Shown here one piece after another: positions 28,015 to 37,860 of a DNA stretch of 64,000 bases. This stretch comes from a virus. The first letter of the stretch is position 1; each line of letters begins with the position of its first letter. The translations under genes and the position numbers were made by a program. The notes under the pieces are model-generated. The model ran no database searches. It was not told the DNA's origin and worked only from the letters and a program-made list of their open reading frames with translations. The DNA is taken from IMG/VR virus record IMGVR_UViG_3300029049_000006; one strand, 5' to 3'.

Positions 28015-28394
28015 TGGTAATGAAAACTCCTAAATGCTGGATGTGCGGACAAAAGCTGACCACAAACTGGGTACCTTCTGTGGTGGATTATCACACCGGA
28101 TGCTACCGCGTTGGATGCCGTCATTGCGGCTGGGCAACTTATCTTACAAGTGCAACGGAGGAACAGGCGATAGATTCCGCGAAAGAATTCATGGCGAAAA
28201 TTCCTCCCACCATGCGGGTGCGGGAAGGGGACACCGTCCTCATGCGGTTCGGGGAAGAGGCCAAAAGCGTAAAAATACGAGCCGTAACTAATACGACCTT
28301 ATTTGAAACCGATGAAGGAATCGTATCCCCGGACAGCATCGAAAAATGGCCCTGGGAACTTGAAGAAGAGGAAGGGGGAGAATGGGAAGAATAA
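28014..28394 (+). CDS. zinc-ribbon protein, WPWELE family paralog
   Basis: CWMCGQ...CRHCGW zinc ribbon. IPPTMRVREGD. WPWELEEEE C-terminus. Shared with the 40395 and 40736 genes. Confidence 0.5.
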   Translation: MVMKTPKCWMCGQKLTTNWVPSVVDYHTGCYRVGCRHCGWATYLTSATEEQAIDSAKEFMAKIPPTMRVREGDTVLMRFGEEAKSVKIRAVTNTTLFETDEGIVSPDSIEKWPWELEEEEGGEWEE

Positions 28395-28648
28395 TGAAAC
28401 GGAACCCTCACATCATCGTCCAGCAGGTTTGCCCCATGAAAAAAATTGACAATGGGAAATACGAAGTGCAGGCCGCGATTGTGCACCACAAAGGGATTAT
28501 CGCCCGATTTCGCATGGAGTACCCCACGAAACGGCATGCCCGGTGGGCGCAGCACCTTATTTGCACGACAAGGAATCATACCCGCAGGCGAGCATTTGGT
28601 GAATTAAAGGCTATCATTGACGGGAAGGTGGCACATAGTGCTGTTTGA
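28382..28648 (+). CDS. hypothetical protein
   Basis: 88 aa. Start uncertain (ATG 28382 or 28394). Confidence 0.35.
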   Translation: MGRIMKRNPHIIVQQVCPMKKIDNGKYEVQAAIVHHKGIIARFRMEYPTKRHARWAQHLICTTRNHTRRRAFGELKAIIDGKVAHSAV

Positions 28649-28689
28649 CCTTGCACAGCTTATAATTTTAAAACAGAGAAAAGAAGAAA

Positions 28690-29010
28690 ATGAAACTGAC
28701 GCCTGAACAGAAAGTATTTATCGAATACGGAAAAGCAAAGAAAGCTCTTGAGATAGCTAAAAAGCAATTAGCGAAAGAAATGCGCCGGTATTTATCCCGG
28801 CATCAGGCGCGGGATTATAATAATATTGATATTTTAATCCGGGATGTCTGGCGGAAGCGTGCCGCGTGCAGGGACTGGGTGGCAGTCCCTCTGGCGAATC
28901 GTAATTGTGAGAATTGCGCTAATAGCGTAGTTAATCCGATTCCGGAAGTTTGCAAGATTTGCATGATGACTAACTTTTCCGGCTGGGAACCTATAAAATG
29001 GAATAAATAA
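28690..29010 (+). CDS. TPEQ/Cys4 family paralog 1
   Basis: MKLTPEQKVFIEYGKA.... C-terminal RAACRDW...NRNCENC....PEVCKICM...W.P. Confidence 0.5.
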   Translation: MKLTPEQKVFIEYGKAKKALEIAKKQLAKEMRRYLSRHQARDYNNIDILIRDVWRKRAACRDWVAVPLANRNCENCANSVVNPIPEVCKICMMTNFSGWEPIKWNK

Positions 29011-29011
29011 A

Positions 29012-29362
29012 ATGACACCTGAGCAAGAAACATATAAAGAATATGGAAGGGCGCAAGAAGCCCTTCATCAGACAATCAAGGAGATAAAAAAAGAATCCTT
29101 TTTTACTTTTGGGAAGCCATATTGCAAGCTTACGAAGTTGGAAAGGGAGAGTATATCCCATGCTTTGGGTTTATGCGATAAAGTCCGCTATGTCCGCAAA
29201 ATGCGTACCGCATGCCGGACATGGGCATTCACGCCCATGAACAAACGCTATTGTGATGACTGTCGATATTACTGCACATCCGTCTCGGATGGCCCCTGCA
29301 GAGAATGTTGCCGGCGGCTGGAACCTGTAAATTGGGAACCTAGAAAGGAGAACAAAAACTAA
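29012..29362 (+). CDS. TPEQ/Cys4 family paralog 2
   Basis: MTPEQETYKEYGRAQ.... RTACRTW..NKRYCDDC...GPCRECC...NWEP. Confidence 0.5.
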   Translation: MTPEQETYKEYGRAQEALHQTIKEIKKESFFTFGKPYCKLTKLERESISHALGLCDKVRYVRKMRTACRTWAFTPMNKRYCDDCRYYCTSVSDGPCRECCRRLEPVNWEPRKENKN

Positions 29363-29733
29363 TGAAAATGACACCTGAACAAAGAGCCTTTTTTGAGTAT
29401 GGGAAAGTACAAGGAGTTGTCGAAGATACGGAAATCGAGATTAACCTTGCCTCCCCTAAAGGGGGTATGCCGCCTATAACGTTTAATAAGGAGTTTTCTT
29501 TAAAAGAGGGCAAAAAACTAGCCGAGAAAAAACAGGAGATATGTCTGGGCTGGGCAATTCCATACCGCAAAAGGCGGTGCGTAAACTGCCTGCACCGGAA
29601 AACGCGTTCATGTGACCCTCCATGTGATTTGTGCTTCCGTAATGTTAAAGGCGGCTTATTCGACTGTTCGGACAGGGAGGGTAAAGAAGAATATGGGGAT
29701 TTCTGGGAGCCGGAAACCGGGAAGGAAGAATAA
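29362..29733 (+). CDS. TPEQ/Cys4 family paralog 3
   Basis: MKMTPEQRAFFEYGKVQ.... RKRRCVNC...DPPCDLC...FWEP. Confidence 0.5.
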   Translation: MKMTPEQRAFFEYGKVQGVVEDTEIEINLASPKGGMPPITFNKEFSLKEGKKLAEKKQEICLGWAIPYRKRRCVNCLHRKTRSCDPPCDLCFRNVKGGLFDCSDREGKEEYGDFWEPETGKEE

Positions 29734-29734
29734 A

Positions 29735-29848
29735 ATGATTGATGCAATCTCCAATATGCTGGGCATGGCTCTCATATTTACCATAGCGTACTTGTCTTAT
29801 TTAATCGGCAGGCAGGACGCTGGCAAAAATGAAAAAAGAAAGAAATGA
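29735..29848 (+). CDS. small hydrophobic peptide (37 aa)
   Basis: MIDAISNMLGMALIFTIAYLSYLIGRQ.... ATG 29735 within track ORF 29612-29848. Confidence 0.25.
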   Translation: MIDAISNMLGMALIFTIAYLSYLIGRQDAGKNEKRKK

Positions 29849-30222
29849 AAAAGACTACTGAACAAACAGCCTTTTATTGGTACGGATTTTATAAAGCCTG
29901 CCTGAAATTAAAAATTAAAGAGGCCCGCAATTATGCTGAGTGTGAATACGGGAGGCAATACGGTGAGCTGGCATCAGCGGGGCGAGAAGAGTGCCTGGTA
30001 TATGCCGGGGTCAGGTCTTACATTATTCTGACCCGAAGAGCACGCCGCTCATGCCGGTTATTTGGCATACCCAGCGCTGAACGGTCATGTGTTAATTGTG
30101 CGTATGTCGATTTATTGCATTACCAGCCGCCATGTAATAATTGCCTTCGTTCCCCGTATGCCGTGCATGGAGAAACAACCGACGATGCCTGGAAGCCGAC
30201 TGGAAAATGGCAAATTCCATAA
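29845..30222 (+). CDS. TPEQ/Cys4 family paralog 4 (divergent)
   Basis: MKKTTEQTAFYWYGF.... RRSCRLF...ERSCVNC....PPCNNC...AWKP. Confidence 0.45.
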   Translation: MKKTTEQTAFYWYGFYKACLKLKIKEARNYAECEYGRQYGELASAGREECLVYAGVRSYIILTRRARRSCRLFGIPSAERSCVNCAYVDLLHYQPPCNNCLRSPYAVHGETTDDAWKPTGKWQIP

Positions 30223-30389
30223 CAAGCGGGCTTGATTTTTCAGCCTGTAAACTATAAGCTGGGGCCGTTTCCCCCGGCAGAAAAAGGGAAAGGGGAACAG
30301 GCGTTCTCTCTTTCCTTTTTTCAGGCTTGGAATCTGCGTTGGTATTGCCGCAAGCCGCAAGGGGGGATGGAAAGACAGATACCCCCGCC

Positions 30390-31082
30390 ATGCAGGAAGA
30401 AAAGCCCAATACACCCGCCAGACCCGCCCCGCACCGAGCCAGGAAAAGACACAGGCCCATTCCCGTGCCGGGTGATTTGCCGGCCCCTCCGTCCAACAGG
30501 ATTATCGGCCGTATTGTTTCTGACGACAGCGTCCGGCAAAAAGCCCTGGAAGTTCAGCGGGCGGCACAGGCGCAGAAAAAGAAGGAAGAACAGGAAGCTT
30601 TTTTAACTGCTTACAGGGATTCGTTCGCCCTGCCGCACATTGCCGCGAAAAAATGCCGGATTTCCGTTACCAAGCATAACCAGTGGTTCAGCACGGATAT
30701 GGACTACCGCCGCCGGGCGGAGGAAATCAAGGAATTCTGCGCTGAGCATTTGCAGGCGAAAATGTATAAGAGCGCCCTTGCCGGTGACGGCCAGATGCTC
30801 CGGTATCTGGACCAGCGCCGGATTGCCGCTGAGCAGAGCGCGGCATTGAAGATTGCCGTCGAACACTCCGGAACGGTCGGATGTTCATTCACGTCGGAAG
30901 AAGACATGAAGGAAAAGACCGGGTTCACTGTGCGTCGCATGGAACATACCCTGAAAATGCTTGCCGACTACGCCCCGGAAGCGCTGCGGCAGATTCTTGT
31001 CGCCCCGAACGAAATACCGGACAAGGCCCCGGACCTCAGAAAAATGGGGAGGAAGCCTTCGGAGAGGCGTAAATCCCTGTAA
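30390..31082 (+). CDS. putative terminase small subunit / DNA-binding protein
   Basis: Position immediately upstream of TerL. Basic N-terminus. HTH-like AAKKCRISVTKHNQWF. First ATG 30390 (the track starts at TTG 30327). Confidence 0.35.
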   Translation: MQEEKPNTPARPAPHRARKRHRPIPVPGDLPAPPSNRIIGRIVSDDSVRQKALEVQRAAQAQKKKEEQEAFLTAYRDSFALPHIAAKKCRISVTKHNQWFSTDMDYRRRAEEIKEFCAEHLQAKMYKSALAGDGQMLRYLDQRRIAAEQSAALKIAVEHSGTVGCSFTSEEDMKEKTGFTVRRMEHTLKMLADYAPEALRQILVAPNEIPDKAPDLRKMGRKPSERRKSL

Positions 31083-31145
31083 TGGCAGGGCGGGCGTAAG
31101 AGCCTCTTTTTTCCTGTTTTCCGTTTTTCATTTTTTCCTTTTTCC

Positions 31146-32636
31146 ATGCACCAGGACACCGACGCAGAAAATGCCGCCAGTCAGAGCCGGTTGAACGAAA
31201 CCGCCATGCTGATTCCCCGGCTGCTGTTAAAAGCCCGTACTGATTTTATTGCATTTTTGCTTGCCATTTCCGACGACGAATCCGGCTACATCCTGTCCCG
31301 AATGCACCTGTTTATTGCGGGCAAGCTCAATGATACCGTCACCCGGAAGGACGTGCCGAGGAATTACACTATTTCCGTACCACCCCAGCACGGGAAGTCC
31401 TCCCTGATTGTGCGGTATGTCGCGTGGCTGGTTGGGTCTTATCCCAGATTGTGCGTTGCCCTGACCGGCTTCTCCGCTGAATTGATGGGTCAGATGCTCC
31501 GGCAGGTCACATCCATTATGGATTTGCCCGTGTACCAGGTAATTTTTCCCGGAGTGAAAGTGAAGCCGAAGGATGACCGCTGGGACTATAAACGGTTCAC
31601 CAATGACGCTATTATTTATGCTAAGCCGGCAGGCTCCAAGCTGACCGGGAGGCGGGTGGACATCCTCATTATTGACGACCCCCATGCCGGACGTGCCGAA
31701 GCCGAATCCCCCACTATCCGCAACCGCGTTGTGCAGTGGGCAGTTGCAGACTGCTTTTCCCGCCTTTCGCCTCATTGGCGGGTGTTTGTCATTGGAACCC
31801 GGTGGCATCCGGAAGACCTCATTGGACATCTCACCGGGCGGGAATACAATAAACGGCTTGAAATGCTTGGCAATACCGCCATGAAATTTGAAGTCATCAA
31901 GATTCCCGCTATCTGCGAAGACCCGGCTACCGACCCCCTGGGGCGGAAGGCTGGGGAAGTAGCATTCCCGGAAGAGCGTGACTTGGAGTTTTTAACATCC
32001 ATCCGTGGGGCCATGACTACGACAGAATGGAAATCCCAGTATCAGCAGGAGCCGGTCACGTCCAAGGGCGGGCAGGTCAACGCGGACGATTTTAACCTCA
32101 TTTCCCCGGAGGAAGTGCCGTGGAGCGAGCTGACGGCCATAGGCTCCGGCTGGGACTTGGCCGCAACCGACAAAACGGCATCCGACTGGACCGTGGGCGC
32201 ATGCGGGGCGCGGACAAAGGATGGCCGCCTGTATATTTTCGACCAGTTCCGCAGGCAAATGCAGATTCCAAAACTGCTTCCGGCCATTGAAGCCCGCGCC
32301 CTGGCGTGGAAAGATATGTACGGGGCCAATCAGCTGGGCGTGGAAGGCGTGGGGGGCATGGTGGGGTATTATCAGCAGCTCCGGCAAATGCTCCTGGGAA
32401 AAATCAGCGTGCGGCTCAAAAATCCCCCGGTCAAAGGAGGGGGAAAACTGGTGCGGGCGCAAAACTGGCTGGCTCTGGTGGAGGCAAAAAAAGTGTATCT
32501 GGTACAGGCTCCCTGGGTGCGGTCGTTTCTGGAAGAGGTGGAAGTATTCCCGGACGGGGACCACGATGACCAGGTGGACAGCGTATCCATTCTTTACGAG
32601 CTTCTGTTTCTCTCCGCCCGCATTCTGGTCGGATAG
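31146..32636 (+). CDS. terminase large subunit
   Basis: Walker A VPPQHGKSSLIV. Walker B-like VDILIIDDPHAG. FVIGTRWHPEDL. Nuclease domain DLAATDKTASDWTV ... FPDGDHDDQVDSVS. Confidence 0.85.
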   Translation: MHQDTDAENAASQSRLNETAMLIPRLLLKARTDFIAFLLAISDDESGYILSRMHLFIAGKLNDTVTRKDVPRNYTISVPPQHGKSSLIVRYVAWLVGSYPRLCVALTGFSAELMGQMLRQVTSIMDLPVYQVIFPGVKVKPKDDRWDYKRFTNDAIIYAKPAGSKLTGRRVDILIIDDPHAGRAEAESPTIRNRVVQWAVADCFSRLSPHWRVFVIGTRWHPEDLIGHLTGREYNKRLEMLGNTAMKFEVIKIPAICEDPATDPLGRKAGEVAFPEERDLEFLTSIRGAMTTTEWKSQYQQEPVTSKGGQVNADDFNLISPEEVPWSELTAIGSGWDLAATDKTASDWTVGACGARTKDGRLYIFDQFRRQMQIPKLLPAIEARALAWKDMYGANQLGVEGVGGMVGYYQQLRQMLLGKISVRLKNPPVKGGGKLVRAQNWLALVEAKKVYLVQAPWVRSFLEEVEVFPDGDHDDQVDSVSILYELLFLSARILVG

Positions 32637-32649
32637 GCCGTCAATAAAA

Positions 32650-32666
32650 TTTGCAATGATTGCAAA
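32650..32666. repeat. intergenic palindrome, copy 11
   Basis: Perfect copy 14 nt after the TerL stop. Confidence 0.9.
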
Positions 32667-32988
32667 TTTCAGAGACCGCGCCCAAAAGCTTTTTTCCTTT
32701 ACTTTTCACTTTTCCGGCACAAACAATACCAGCCCATGAAGTTCCACAGCCTTTCCATGCTTTTTACGCTCCGTGGCCCTCCCCGCCCTGTTTTTCAGCT
32801 TGTCCCCCAGGCAATCCGCGAACGGTCGGATGCGCGAGGACGGGAACGCATCATTTCCCGCGTCTGAAATAAATGGCTTTCACCATCAGGCGCAATCTCC
32901 GCATTTCCTTTTTCTGTTGCCTTCGCCGGATTGCCCCCCCTCGTCAGGAAGGGAACGGCAAACCGTAACCATAAACAAAAAGATAGAA

Positions 32989-33864
32989 ATGACAGTTCAA
33001 ACCTTACCGGCAACCGTGCCGGACAGCGTTTCTGCGACCTTGCGCGTCGTCATGAAGCCCGTGGAATCAATTCACCCCTACGAAAATAACCCCCGCTACA
33101 ACGACAGCGCGGTTCCCTACGTCAAAAACTCAATTCAGGAGTTCGGCTTCAAGGTTCCGATTATCGTCGATGAAGCCGGAAGCATTGTCTGCGGTCACAC
33201 GAGGTACAAGGTGGCCCTGGAATTGGGCATGAGCCATGTGCCTTGCATTGTCGCTTCGGATTTGACCCCAAAGCAGATTCAGGCGTTCCGCCTTGTTGAT
33301 AACAAGGTGTCGGAGTTTTCAAGCTGGGATTTTTCCAAACTTGAAATTGAGATAGGGGAGCTGGATGCCGAATTTAATCTTGATGACTTCGGTTTTTTCT
33401 CCGATTCAGAGCGGGCGGGAAGCTCGCCGGCGGATGTGGGCAGTGCCGCAGAAATGCAGGATGATACTGCGAGGGATGACCGGAATATCTATACAGGACG
33501 CATCATTACTCCGGTTTATGAAATTACCGGGGATTGTCCAAAAACCGAAGAGCTGGTTGACCGCACCAGAGCGGAATCCCTGCTGGAAGAGATTGACCGG
33601 ACCCCAGGGCTTCCGGATGCCGTGCGTGACTTTTTGCGTATTGCCGCCATGCGGCACTATGTCCTGCATTTCGACAGGATAGCCGAGTTTTACGCCCATG
33701 CGGTCCCTCCTGTGCAGCGGCTCATGGAAAACTCCTGTCTGGTCATTATTGATTATGACCGCGCCATTGAACTTGGATATGTGCAAATGGCACGTGCCCT
33801 GGCCGATGAATATGACCGAGAATACCCGGAAGGGGAAGAACAGGAAGGAGGCAGCGAATCATGA
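32989..33864 (+). CDS. ParB N-terminal (ParB/Srx nuclease-like) domain protein, paralog A
   Basis: FGFKVPIIVDEAGSIVCGHTRYKVALELGMSHVPC is a ParB-NTD signature (GHxR). Acidic linker. Conserved C-terminal domain shared with 37018-37860 (TPVYEITGDCP...FLRIAAMRHYVLHFDRIAEFYAHA). ATG 32989, and the track ORF begins at 32773. Confidence 0.6.
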   Translation: MTVQTLPATVPDSVSATLRVVMKPVESIHPYENNPRYNDSAVPYVKNSIQEFGFKVPIIVDEAGSIVCGHTRYKVALELGMSHVPCIVASDLTPKQIQAFRLVDNKVSEFSSWDFSKLEIEIGELDAEFNLDDFGFFSDSERAGSSPADVGSAAEMQDDTARDDRNIYTGRIITPVYEITGDCPKTEELVDRTRAESLLEEIDRTPGLPDAVRDFLRIAAMRHYVLHFDRIAEFYAHAVPPVQRLMENSCLVIIDYDRAIELGYVQMARALADEYDREYPEGEEQEGGSES

Positions 33865-34796
33865 TGCGGCACTCTGATTTCTGCGTCCTGATTATTTCCC
33901 ATGGACGGGCCGGGAGGGTGAAAACCCTGAACGCGCTTGAGCGTTTTGGCTATAGCGGCCCCTGGTACATTATTATCGACAATGAGGATTCACAGGCCGG
34001 GGACTACCTTAATTGCTATGGGAGTGACCACGTTGTTGTTTTTGATAAACCCCTTGAGGCATCCAGGCTGGACATAGCGGATAATTTTACAGGCCGTCTT
34101 GGGCGCAAAAGTACCGTGTACGTACGCAATGCGAGCTTTGACATTGCCCGCCGCCTGGGATTCCGGTATTTCATGGTGCTGGACGACGATTACGACTATT
34201 TCCGTTTCGTATTGGACAGCAACCGCCGCTATACTTGCCGGCGCTGTACCTGTCTGGACACAATCCTTGACATCTGCCTCGATTACTTCACCCGTACACC
34301 GGCCCTTGCCACCATAGCGTGGCTTCAAGGCGGCGACCTGCTGGGAGGGGCCAACTCCAACAGCCTTTTCAGCCTCCGGCGAAAAGCCATGAACAGTTTT
34401 ATCTGTGACACGGAACGCCCCTTTTCCTTCATGGGCCGGTTTAATGAAGACGTGAACACCTACATCACTCACGGAAACCGGGGAGTGATCATGTTCTCAA
34501 TTACGGAATTGGCGCTTAACCAGGCCAGCACCCAGCAGACGACGGGAGGGATGACGGAAGCCTACCAGGAAAACGGAACCTACGTGAAATCGTTTTACAG
34601 TGTCATGCATATGCCGTCTGCGGTGAAAATCCGGACAATGGGCGAACATTACCGAAGAATCCACCATGCTATTACATGGAATAATTGTGTGCCGAAAATC
34701 ATCCGTCCGGAGTACCAGAAACCGGATATTGTGCGGGGTGACAGAAGAAAACGCGGCAGGAGCCGAAAAAAACTGCTTGCAATTCCGGCCCCTTAA
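33861..34796 (+). CDS. GT-A-fold glycosyltransferase-like protein (DxD), paralog A
   Basis: FCVLIISHGRAGRV (cf. GT2 N-terminal vsIIIPTYNR). DxD YFMVLDDDYDYF. Paralog of 37906-38769. Confidence 0.5.
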   Translation: MMRHSDFCVLIISHGRAGRVKTLNALERFGYSGPWYIIIDNEDSQAGDYLNCYGSDHVVVFDKPLEASRLDIADNFTGRLGRKSTVYVRNASFDIARRLGFRYFMVLDDDYDYFRFVLDSNRRYTCRRCTCLDTILDICLDYFTRTPALATIAWLQGGDLLGGANSNSLFSLRRKAMNSFICDTERPFSFMGRFNEDVNTYITHGNRGVIMFSITELALNQASTQQTTGGMTEAYQENGTYVKSFYSVMHMPSAVKIRTMGEHYRRIHHAITWNNCVPKIIRPEYQKPDIVRGDRRKRGRSRKKLLAIPAP

Positions 34797-34909
34797 TAGG
34801 ATATTGCGATTGTTACCCGCCCAACGGGAACCCGACAACAACCAATAATAGCTGCTATCCAGAAAAGACAAGCCCCCGGCCCCTTCCTGCATCCCACCCG
34901 CGTATCGGA

Positions 34910-35308
34910 TTGCCTGTCATGTGTACTGCAGGAAACCGGGGGCTTGTTTTCTTTCCCCCCTCAGGGTATAACGGCGGCGTTATGATTGCCTTGAATACTC
35001 CTATTGCCACCATACCGGGGCGCCGGTACTGCATCACCACAGTATCTTCCGTCCAGGTGATTGCCGTCATTGACGACGAAGAGTTTGATTTGCTGGGGGG
35101 CCTTCCCATTACTGGCCAGGCGCAATTTGTCGCCCCCACGGACCACATTGAGGTGCGTGACGCGTCAGCCCCGGAAGAAGGGGCGGCGGCCAGCGCATCG
35201 GAATCATCCCCAGAAACGTCAAGCGTCATGTTTGACGGCTCTGCAACGCCCCTTGCCGGAGACGCGGCTTCCGTGTCCGGGAGCATCGTCGAAATTGTAC
35301 GCAGTTGA
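34910..35308 (+). CDS. hypothetical protein
   Basis: Track ORF of 132 aa. Probable start is a later ATG (MIALNTPIATI...). Ser/Ala-rich. Confidence 0.3.
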   Translation: MPVMCTAGNRGLVFFPPSGYNGGVMIALNTPIATIPGRRYCITTVSSVQVIAVIDDEEFDLLGGLPITGQAQFVAPTDHIEVRDASAPEEGAAASASESSPETSSVMFDGSATPLAGDAASVSGSIVEIVRS

Positions 35309-35567
35309 CAAGCTATCCCGGATTTGGCAGGATGCTCCCTGCATGCGCGACGCGCTTCAAAGGCGTGGATTGAGGCGATAAGGGCATGCTTTCGCAGGGT
35401 GTATGTGTGGGAGACGTAATGAGCTCTCCCCTTCCCCTGCGGCAAACGGGAACAACAAAAAAGGGGATGCCCTTCCTTTTTTCCAGGATGGCCGCAGTTT
35501 TCCGCTGTGGGGAAAGAAGGAAGGGTATTTTTCCGCCTCCAATTTTTCTTTTTATTCTTTGTGCCTG

Positions 35568-36359
35568 ATGCAGATTCCTCCCCCCCCTGATAAATTCCGA
35601 ATGCACTGTATCATTCCCCTGAAAGCACGCTCTATGCGTTGCCCAGGAAAAAATTTCAGAACCTGCAACCCGTATCTTTCCGGGGGCCTGATTCCGCTGT
35701 GGGAAGTGTCGGCCAGGTACGTCAGGGGCGAGGGATGGGAACCAGTTATTTCCTGTGACAGTCCGGAATTGTTGCATGATATTTCCCGGCGCGGATATGA
35801 ACGCACTGTTTTATGGCATCCTGACCCGGAATCCCCATATATGCAGGGCCACATCAGTCAGGTTGCCGCGCAGATTAACGCCGGGGATTCCGACCTGCTT
35901 TGCGTAGTCCAGGCAACTTCCCCGGTAAGACGGCCCGGACTGCTTCGGGACATGCACACCTTGATGTCATCCGATACCAATATTCAGGTGGCTTTTACAG
36001 GGGAACGCCTGAAAATTTGCGGCATCCTGAATGGCTCTCTTTTTGGGCAGGATGAAAGCCAGTCCGCCCGGCACTGGTACGACCACTATGACGGGGCGCT
36101 TTTACTACTGCGCTATGATACTCTGAAACGCTGCCCCCCCCGAACAGTCGTGCATCCAGGGCTGCTGTCCGGCCCCAGTGATAAAGTGGCCGTGTTTTAC
36201 CAGACCCTGCCTTGGTCATTCCAAATCGACACGGAAGACGATTATTCCTTTTATCTGCAACTGCGGCGGCCTGATGCGGAAAAACAGTCAGCCTTCCGCA
36301 AACGGTCGAACCCGTACCGGGTATATACAAAAAGCGCAGCCCCTGATGAATTGGCATGA
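35568..36359 (+). CDS. CMP-sugar synthetase-like cytidylyltransferase (NeuA/KdsB/PseF CTP_transf_3 family)
   Basis: CIIPLKARSMRCPGKN (cf. IIPARGGSKGIPxKN). VQATSPVRRPG (cf. LQPTSPLR). A C9 homopolymer lies between ATG 35568 and the conserved core, so the start and frame there are uncertain. The track ORF starts at 35403. Confidence 0.55.
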   Translation: MQIPPPPDKFRMHCIIPLKARSMRCPGKNFRTCNPYLSGGLIPLWEVSARYVRGEGWEPVISCDSPELLHDISRRGYERTVLWHPDPESPYMQGHISQVAAQINAGDSDLLCVVQATSPVRRPGLLRDMHTLMSSDTNIQVAFTGERLKICGILNGSLFGQDESQSARHWYDHYDGALLLLRYDTLKRCPPRTVVHPGLLSGPSDKVAVFYQTLPWSFQIDTEDDYSFYLQLRRPDAEKQSAFRKRSNPYRVYTKSAAPDELA

Positions 36360-36955
36360 TTGTATTGGTAGGAAATGCCCAGGAATCCGAACACCGGCTT
36401 AAAGACTGCTCCGCTTTTATTGATTCCGGCAAGCCCCGGCTGGTGGTGAGGGTGTCGAAAATGTGCAACTATGATTCCGGAAAAACCGGAACGCGCTGTG
36501 ACTGGGTGTTCCTCAACCCTAATCCCATGTACTGGACCTTTCCGCCAGAGCGCCGCCATTGGAATGTGCTTGCCGGGGCCAGTAAAATCATCATCACCTA
36601 TCCCCCTCCCGGAAGCCTGAAAGAAGGGCCTTGCATTCCTCCGTACTGGCAAAAGGAAGAATACCGGTTTCTGCACCAGCACCCTTTTCTGGAATATTTG
36701 CCGGAGGCGGTGTTCCGGGAAGGGATGGACCGGCGGCTGACGACGTTCGGATTTGCCCTGTGGGTGCTTTCGCGGCGTTTCCCGCATGAGCAGATAGCCC
36801 TGCATGGGTGCATTACCTCGCAGAATGCGTGGCGCCGTGTCCGCTGGTGCCCCTGGCACAATGGCGTTGGCGAGTTTGCCCTGTATGCCAATCTGTCCCG
36901 GAACGGTCGGATTTTCAGGCTGGACGGCGGCGAATTATGCTTTAATGAGGATTGA
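36356..36955 (+). CDS. hypothetical protein
   Basis: 199 aa. Start overlaps the upstream stop (ATGA). N-terminus MIVLVGNAQ is Rossmann-like. Confidence 0.4.
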   Translation: MIVLVGNAQESEHRLKDCSAFIDSGKPRLVVRVSKMCNYDSGKTGTRCDWVFLNPNPMYWTFPPERRHWNVLAGASKIIITYPPPGSLKEGPCIPPYWQKEEYRFLHQHPFLEYLPEAVFREGMDRRLTTFGFALWVLSRRFPHEQIALHGCITSQNAWRRVRWCPWHNGVGEFALYANLSRNGRIFRLDGGELCFNED

Positions 36956-36979
36956 AACCATGCTAAGAATCCATGAGAA

Positions 36980-36996
36980 TTTGCAATCATTGCAAA
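36980..36996. repeat. intergenic palindrome, copy 12
   Basis: Perfect copy between the 36356 gene and ParB-like paralog B. Confidence 0.9.
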
Positions 36997-37017
36997 TTTC
37001 AAAAATCATTTTTACAC

Positions 37018-37860
37018 ATGGAAATTGTAGATATTGCCGTAAAAGACCTGGTTCCTTACGATAAAAATCCGCGCCGTAATGATGAAGCGGCCGTCAAGGT
37101 GGCGGAATCCATTAAACAGTTCGGCTTTAAGATTCCTCTTGTGGTTGACCGCAATAATGTTGTTGTCTGCGGACACACCCGTTTAAAGGCCGCAAAAAAG
37201 TTAAAGCTTAAAACTGTTCCTTGCATCCGGGCTGACGATTTGTCGGAAGACCAAATCAAGGCGTTCCGTCTGGTGGACAATCGGACGGCGGAAATCGCCG
37301 AATGGGATTTTGCCCTTTTAGAAGAGGAACTGGCGGACGTGCAGCTTGACATGACCGCCTTTGACTTCGGTGGGCTTTTGCCGGAAGAAGAGGGTGGGGG
37401 CGAAAACGGTCAGACCTCGGCGGGGGCCGGAAATGGAAGGGAGGAAGAAAGTGCATTACCGGATTCGCAAACTGCGGAAAATATGTACACGCAGCGCATC
37501 GTCACTCCGGTTTATGAAGTTACCGGGGATTGCCCGGAAGTGTCTTCTCTGGTGGACAAGGGCAAAGCGGAAGCGCTGCTGGAATCCATTGACCAAGCCC
37601 AGGAACTCCCGGATGATGTGCGGGAGTTTTTACGCATCGCCGCTGCCAGGCATTATGTTTTGCATTTTGACCGCATTGCCGAATACTACGCCCATGCCCC
37701 GGCCCATATTCAGCGGCTCATGGAAGATTCCTGTCTGGTCATCATTGATTTTAATAAAGCCATTGAGCAGGGATATATCCGCATGTCCGAACGGTTGGCC
37801 GCGCTGGCCAGCATAGACGAACAGGGCGCAACGGAAGAAGAAGACGAAGCGGGCGAATAA
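37018..37860 (+). CDS. ParB N-terminal (ParB/Srx nuclease-like) domain protein, paralog B
   Basis: FGFKIPLVVDRNNVVVCGHTRLKAAKKLKLKTVPC. Same C-terminal domain as paralog A. ATG 37018. The track ORF starts at 36973 and reads through palindrome copy 12. Confidence 0.6.
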   Translation: MEIVDIAVKDLVPYDKNPRRNDEAAVKVAESIKQFGFKIPLVVDRNNVVVCGHTRLKAAKKLKLKTVPCIRADDLSEDQIKAFRLVDNRTAEIAEWDFALLEEELADVQLDMTAFDFGGLLPEEEGGGENGQTSAGAGNGREEESALPDSQTAENMYTQRIVTPVYEVTGDCPEVSSLVDKGKAEALLESIDQAQELPDDVREFLRIAAARHYVLHFDRIAEYYAHAPAHIQRLMEDSCLVIIDFNKAIEQGYIRMSERLAALASIDEQGATEEEDEAGE

